This document shows positions 59,317-64,000 of a stretch of 64,000 nucleotides of DNA, piece by piece; positions within the stretch are counted from its first letter, which is position 1, and every line of letters starts with the position of its first letter. The notes under the pieces were generated by a model. That model had not been told where the DNA came from. It was given only the letters and a program-made list of their open reading frames with translations, and did not search any database. The translations under genes and the position numbers were made by a program. The stretch covers positions 320,001 to 384,000 of the forward strand of contig CBDCLE010000002.1 of NCBI GenBank assembly GCA_965218585.1. Direction: 5' to 3'. The stretch is from Terriglobia bacterium. GTDB lineage: Bacteria > Acidobacteriota > Terriglobia > 20CM-2-55-15.

Positions 59317-60671
59317 ATGCCGGGCGAGATTAATTTTCAGGTTTCAACGGCTTCGACTTCAACCAAATCATTGACGTCACGATCGAAGCCGAAAGTGCTC
59401 CCCTCAAAGCCTTAGAGCAACAAGACAAAGACCTCAGAACGAAAGATTCCGCACTGGGATCTTTCGGCGTCGAAGTCGCCGATCTTCAGGATCCCGTCGG
59501 GGATCTGGTTCTGGCTACGGCATTTACAGACCTCGAGGCAGCCTCCACCGACAAGGACGTGGCCACTGTAACGCTCGGCGACAACGCGGTTGCCGGCACA
59601 TACGACCTTGTCATCACACAACTGGCTAAAGCCCAGACCACTGCATCCACAAACGGATATACCAACACGACCGACACGGCGGCCGATGGCGGCACGATTT
59701 CGTTTACGATCGGTGCGAGTACGACAACCGACATCACGATCAGCGCCGCAACCTCGGTAGCTGAACTCAAGACATTAATCAACGACCAGAATTCGGGCGT
59801 CGTGGCTTCTGTCGTCAATGACGGCACCAACAACAAGCTGGTGATTTCGAGTCGGGTGACGGGTGCAACCAACGGATTCACGATCAACAACAGCCTGACC
59901 AATGGTGTCAGCACAGTCGTCGCATTTGCGGTGGGCCAGAGTCCGTCGGTCGGCAACAGCCAGGACGCACAGGATTCGGCCTTTACGGTCAACGGCCTCG
60001 CGATCACGAGCGCCACGAACGCTGTGACCGACGCCGTTCCCGGCACGACCGTAACGCTGGTCAAGGCCGGATCGGCATCCATCAACGTAACGAACGATTA
60101 CGACACGCTCAAAGAAAACGTCAAGACCTTCATTACGGAATTCACCGCCTTGAAGGAATTCTTCGACAAGCAGACCCAGATCGACAGCATCACCGGAAAA
60201 CCGGGACCGCTGGCCAACGACACGATTCTGCGGCAGGCTCTGTCGGACGTTAAGAACACAATACTGACCTCGAACGGGAACAACGGTCAGTACTCATACT
60301 TGACCGAGATCGGCGTGGAGTTCGAGCAGGCTGGAACTCTGAAGCTGGACGAGGAAAAGTTTAACACCGCAATCGATACAGCGGTTACCGACCTTCAGAA
60401 GCTGTTCCAGGGTGACGGCACCGTGGACAGCGTTTTTGACGATCTAAAGTCGGCTCTCGCGAACATCGACAACACCGCGGGGTTGATCAAGACGACACGG
60501 ACCGCGCTGGACCTGTCGATGAAGAAGATCCGCGATCAGATTCTGGGGCAGCAACTGCGCCTGGAACTGAGACGGACGGAGCTTCAGAAGATGTTTACAG
60601 CGGCTGATCTGGCAATGTCCCGGATCAGCTCACAACAGGGCGCACTCGGAGCAATCGGATTTGCGTTCTAG
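59317..60671 (+). pseudogene. fliD: Flagellar cap protein FliD with a -1 frameshift near codon 7
   Basis: RBS GAGGAG + ATG 59317 MPGEINF; SGFNGFDFNQII... needs one more T in the T4 run at ~59334; TQLAKAQ, AQDSAFTVNGL, GPLAND, FTAAD. Confidence 0.85.
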
Positions 60672-62408
60672 CCCGCATGTTTCACCAGTCCGGCGATCAG
60701 GGGGATTTGGGCAGTAAGAATCGGATTCGGGAGGATCTGGGTTCGAATTGGGCATGTGTGGCGTGACTCGCCGGTGTCGACAAGCGGGAGTTGCTGCGTT
60801 TTCGGGTTCAGAAGAGGGTGACGAAACGCACTGAGACAAACCTCGGCGGAGCCGAAAAGAGCGAGTCGATTTTGGCGCAGGGGATCGGGTCGGTTCTCAG
60901 CAGCGCAGAGGAAGCGCCTGCAGGTTTCGATGGACGAGGGCAAAGACCTCGGCGTAGGGATAGGCTTCCGACATGGAGATCCAGATGTTGCGAACCGTCA
61001 GACGGACTTGAGCTCCGATCTTGAGGAGCTTCAAGCGGATCGTCTGGCACTGAGCGCGGGCCAGATCGGTATTCTTCAGTCCCAGACGGCGTAACGCGTG
61101 CAGGAGCATGTAGGCGGCCGAGGACAGATAGAGCCGGAGTTGATTGGCGCGCATGGTTGCCGCGCTGGTCCGGTCGGCGAATAGATCCAACTGCTGTTCC
61201 TTGATGCGATTTTCCATGTCGCCCCGCGCACAGTAAAAGTCTTCATAGAGGGCGCGGGCGTCCAGGCGTTCCGGCGACAGTGAGGTCACAACGAATCGAG
61301 GATTGGCGCCTTTCTCCAGGAACTCGGCCTTGCCGATGACGCGTCGGGTGCAGGTCCAGCTCTTCCGAGTGCGATACCGGAAATCGTTAAACACCCGCGC
61401 CGGTTTCCCGGTGTCGTTAAACTCGGCTTCGGCCTGACTCATCGATTCAGCGATCTCGCGCTTGAGCCGATCGTTCTTGGCCAGACCCACCACGTAATCG
61501 ACCTGGTGGGCCTCGCACCAACTCAGCAATTCATCCCGGCAAAAGCCCGAGTCGGCCCGGATGATAATCGACACCTCCGGCCAGCTCTGCCGGATCTGGC
61601 CGATGATGCGGTTCAATTCCTCGACGGCGCCGTCCGCACCGTCGACATTGGAGCACCGCAACCGGGCGCATAGCAGATGCTCTCCCGAAAAGATGTAGAG
61701 CGGCAGATAACAGTAGTTGCCGTAGTAGCCGTGAAAGAACCGTCCTTCCTGATGGCCATGGATCGGATCATCGGTCGCATCCAGGTCCAGAACAATCTCC
61801 TCGGGCGCCGATCCGTGAGCCGCCACAAATGCATCCACCATCCAGCGGTCGATCTTGTCCGGGTCCATGGCCATCTTCTTGTACCGCTCCTTCCCATCGA
61901 CTTGCTCCCCGGTCAGTTCCAACCGGTTCAGCGTACACTTGCCCGCCAACGCTTTTCCCCGGTCTCGGGCCTGCCGCCGCTTCTCCCCCAGTGGATCGGC
62001 CTTATCCACCGCCACGGCCAGCATCGGATCGGTCCGCAGTTGGTCATGATCGTTCAGATCCTCGTAGCCCAGACAGAGTCCGTAGACGCGCTGCCCCAAT
62101 AACTCGCTCACCGTGTGTTCGATCAACCTCGCGTCCCGGTAATCCCTGAAACACTCGGCCAGTCCGGCGATCAGACCCGTTCGCTTTTCCACTTCCCTCA
62201 ACAGCAGAACCCCAGCGTCGGAGGTGATCTTTCCGCCGTCAAAACGCGCCTTCACTTTTCGTTGAAGAAGTCCGTGAAATTCGAACGTCGTTTGGTTACA
62301 CTCTGTTCTCATAAGGGCCGTCTCCGTTTGGCTTGTTAAACGTTTATTTCAAAACGCTTTATGCCAGACAGGGCGGCCTTTTCTGGTCCTATTGGTGAAA
62401 TATGCGGG
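60672..62408 (-). mobile_element. IS1380-family element inserted at the fliD stop codon
   Basis: IR cccgcatgtttcacca / tggtgaaatatgcggg; CTAG TSD at 60668-60671 and 62409-62412. Confidence 0.93.
60897..62312 (-). CDS. IS1380-family transposase
   Basis: FDGGKITSDAG, GYEDLNDH, LDLDATDD, RADSGF, YCARGDMENRIKE. Confidence 0.96.
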   Translation of the reverse strand: MRTECNQTTFEFHGLLQRKVKARFDGGKITSDAGVLLLREVEKRTGLIAGLAECFRDYRDARLIEHTVSELLGQRVYGLCLGYEDLNDHDQLRTDPMLAVAVDKADPLGEKRRQARDRGKALAGKCTLNRLELTGEQVDGKERYKKMAMDPDKIDRWMVDAFVAAHGSAPEEIVLDLDATDDPIHGHQEGRFFHGYYGNYCYLPLYIFSGEHLLCARLRCSNVDGADGAVEELNRIIGQIRQSWPEVSIIIRADSGFCRDELLSWCEAHQVDYVVGLAKNDRLKREIAESMSQAEAEFNDTGKPARVFNDFRYRTRKSWTCTRRVIGKAEFLEKGANPRFVVTSLSPERLDARALYEDFYCARGDMENRIKEQQLDLFADRTSAATMRANQLRLYLSSAAYMLLHALRRLGLKNTDLARAQCQTIRLKLLKIGAQVRLTVRNIWISMSEAYPYAEVFALVHRNLQALPLRC

Positions 62409-62456
62409 CTAGTCAGACGTACGGGCCAGGGCCGTACTAACAAGGAAGAGGAACCT

Positions 62457-62903
62457 ATGAACTATTCGAACTATGAATCAGCGGCTTACAAGGAGACGTC
62501 GGTAACGACTTCCAGCCAAACTCAGCTGATTGTCATGCTCTACGAAGGAGCGATCCGCTTTCTTCGTGAAGCGACTGACGCGATCGAAAAGAACAACATC
62601 ACTGCCAAAGCCAATGCGTGTGATCGCGCTCTGGCCATCGTTCAGCACCTCCATCTCTCGCTCGACATGGAACGTGGCCAGGAGATCTCCGCTGAGTTGG
62701 AACGATTCTACAGCTTCGTCATTTCGAAGATCGTGGACGGGTCGAGCCAACTGTCTGCGAAGAACTTGGATGAGGCAATCAAAGTGCTAGATATACTCCG
62801 TACTGCATGGACTGAGTTGGCCCAGAAGGAGCAAGCAGAAGAGGTCCCTACGGAACTGCTGGCCTCCCAGGCTGCTAAGGGTCGGCTGGCGCTGAACGGA
62901 TAA
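62457..62903 (+). CDS. fliS: Flagellin chaperone FliS
   Basis: QLIVMLYEGAIRFL, SLDMERG.EIS..L..FY, LRTAW. Confidence 0.93.
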   Translation: MNYSNYESAAYKETSVTTSSQTQLIVMLYEGAIRFLREATDAIEKNNITAKANACDRALAIVQHLHLSLDMERGQEISAELERFYSFVISKIVDGSSQLSAKNLDEAIKVLDILRTAWTELAQKEQAEEVPTELLASQAAKGRLALNG

Positions 62904-62919
62904 ATCACAGGAGAAATAG

Positions 62920-63354
62920 ATGAATTCCGCCCAAATCGTTACGAGCCTCGAACGCGAGAGGCAACTACTCGAAGAATTCCGCAGCGTGTCCGAGCAGCAA
63001 CTCAGGCTCATCGAAGATGAAAACATCGACGGTGTCGAAAGCTTACTCGGCCGGCGGGCTGACCTGATGGTGGAACTGACCGCTATCGAGTCGACCCTGG
63101 CAACGTGGATCTCCCAGATCCGCCATGACCCTTCCGTCACTCCGGAGATGATGCAGGAGCTGCGGTCGCTAAACGATGAAATTGTAGACCTTGCAAAGGA
63201 AGTGGTCGCAATCGATGCCGAGACTCACTGGAAGCTCGATCTGATTCGCGAACGGACGCAGGCTGAGTTGAAGGATATCGATACCAGCGTCCGGGCCCTG
63301 ACTCAGTACGGATCCAGCGTCGAAGCACAGCCCCGACTCGACATCGACGGGTAA
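62920..63354 (+). CDS. FliT/FlgN-like flagellar chaperone
   Basis: Helical 144-aa protein directly after fliS; RBS AGGAG. Confidence 0.65.
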   Translation: MNSAQIVTSLERERQLLEEFRSVSEQQLRLIEDENIDGVESLLGRRADLMVELTAIESTLATWISQIRHDPSVTPEMMQELRSLNDEIVDLAKEVVAIDAETHWKLDLIRERTQAELKDIDTSVRALTQYGSSVEAQPRLDIDG

Positions 63355-63550
63355 GCCGAGAGGCGTCTCTCCCGGTCAACCGGTCTAATTTGCCTACCCG
63401 GCAATTTTGACCTGCTTCGAACCTGCAACTCGGAGCACACCGCTCGCCTTCTCCCCTCTCATCGCGAGAGTCATGGAAGTTCAAGAACGCCCGAACTCTA
63501 CGGTCGGAGTGCGCGAGTAAACGATTCAGTTAGTTTTTGTCACAAGGGCC

Positions 63551-63578
63551 TAAAGTACTGTGGCAACGATTCCGATAG
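63551..63578 (+). promoter_or_regulatory. Sigma28 promoter of the second flagellin
   Basis: TAAA-N16-TCCGATAG followed by a GGA-rich UTR. Confidence 0.75.
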
Positions 63579-63676
63579 AGAAGATATCTGGCTAGGAGAA
63601 GGCCAGGTTAAGCAAGGACAAAAGGGAATACCCCGCAAGGAAGCTGGGGCCCAACATTCACGGAGGATAACAATTC

Positions 63677-63699
63677 ATGAGTTTTTCAGTAGTAACCAA
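63677..63699 (+). pseudogene. Second flagellin gene, disrupted at codon 8 by IS256
   Basis: RBS GGAGG; ATG AGT TTT TCA GTA GTA ACC AA = MSFSVVT, the same N-terminus as fliC at 58309. Confidence 0.75.
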
Positions 63700-64000
63700 G
63701 AGGTCATTACAAAAGGTGTGTAAAAGTCATCAGGCGGCGGCCTTCGATTTCATCACGACTCTGATGCCGTCAGCGAATTGCTGACCATCATAGACCTCTT
63801 GTAAGAGTTCGGATCCTTTTAAGTGTCGCCAAGCCTTCTCAGCGACACGTAGTAGCTTCCAGATCATTGCCGTTGCATTCTCGACACGCTTGAATCGGCG
63901 AGCGGCGTTGGTGCGGAGGCGAACCATGTCGAAGGGCGATTCGACGATGTTGGTTGTTCTCAGATGCACCCAGTGTTGTTTCGGGAACTCATAGAAAGTA
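63700..64000 (-). mobile_element. IS256-family element, copy 2 (partial; transposase 3' end at 63730-64000)
   Basis: Reverse complement of 27166-27466. Confidence 0.95.

Noticed and set aside
63355-63550. tRNA or ncRNA in the gap after the fliT-like gene
   Set aside because: No cloverleaf, T-loop or recognisable RNA family; only short hairpins

Overview
Bacterial chromosome window, probably from an Acidobacterium (inferred from the ferredoxin, flagellin and T4SS gene styles) and possibly host-associated. 1-19.7 kb: a GC-rich integrated conjugative element/plasmid. It carries AlpA, an unusual ankyrin-repeat/ArdC fusion, two Replic_Relax-like PD-(D/E)xK proteins, VirB2/3/4/9/10, three mosaic TrbJ/VirB5-like paralogs, a deleted VirB6, VirB8, a repeat-rich oriT/ori candidate, VirD4, VirB11 and a RepA cut off by an IS5. 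20.5-23.3 kb: housekeeping genes, including a peroxiredoxin-like selenoprotein (in-frame TGA, UxxC, SECIS-like hairpin) that the ORF track splits in two. 23.4-30 kb: an iorB-like molybdoenzyme gene broken by a 4.07-kb cargo-carrying IS1595 element (with a nested IS256 and a structured RNA leader) and by an ISNCY-like element. 30-47 kb: intact metabolic genes (acs, acyl-CoA ligase, oxidoreductases, M28 peptidase, AlkZ-like protein). 47-64 kb: motAB/flbD, a flagellin glycosylation island and fliC-fliD-fliS-fliT-like-fliC2 with sigma28 promoters and CsrA-like sites. This flagellar locus shows several lesions (frameshifts, IS1380, IS256). No rRNA, tRNA or CRISPR array was seen. All calls come from reading the sequence; no searches were run.
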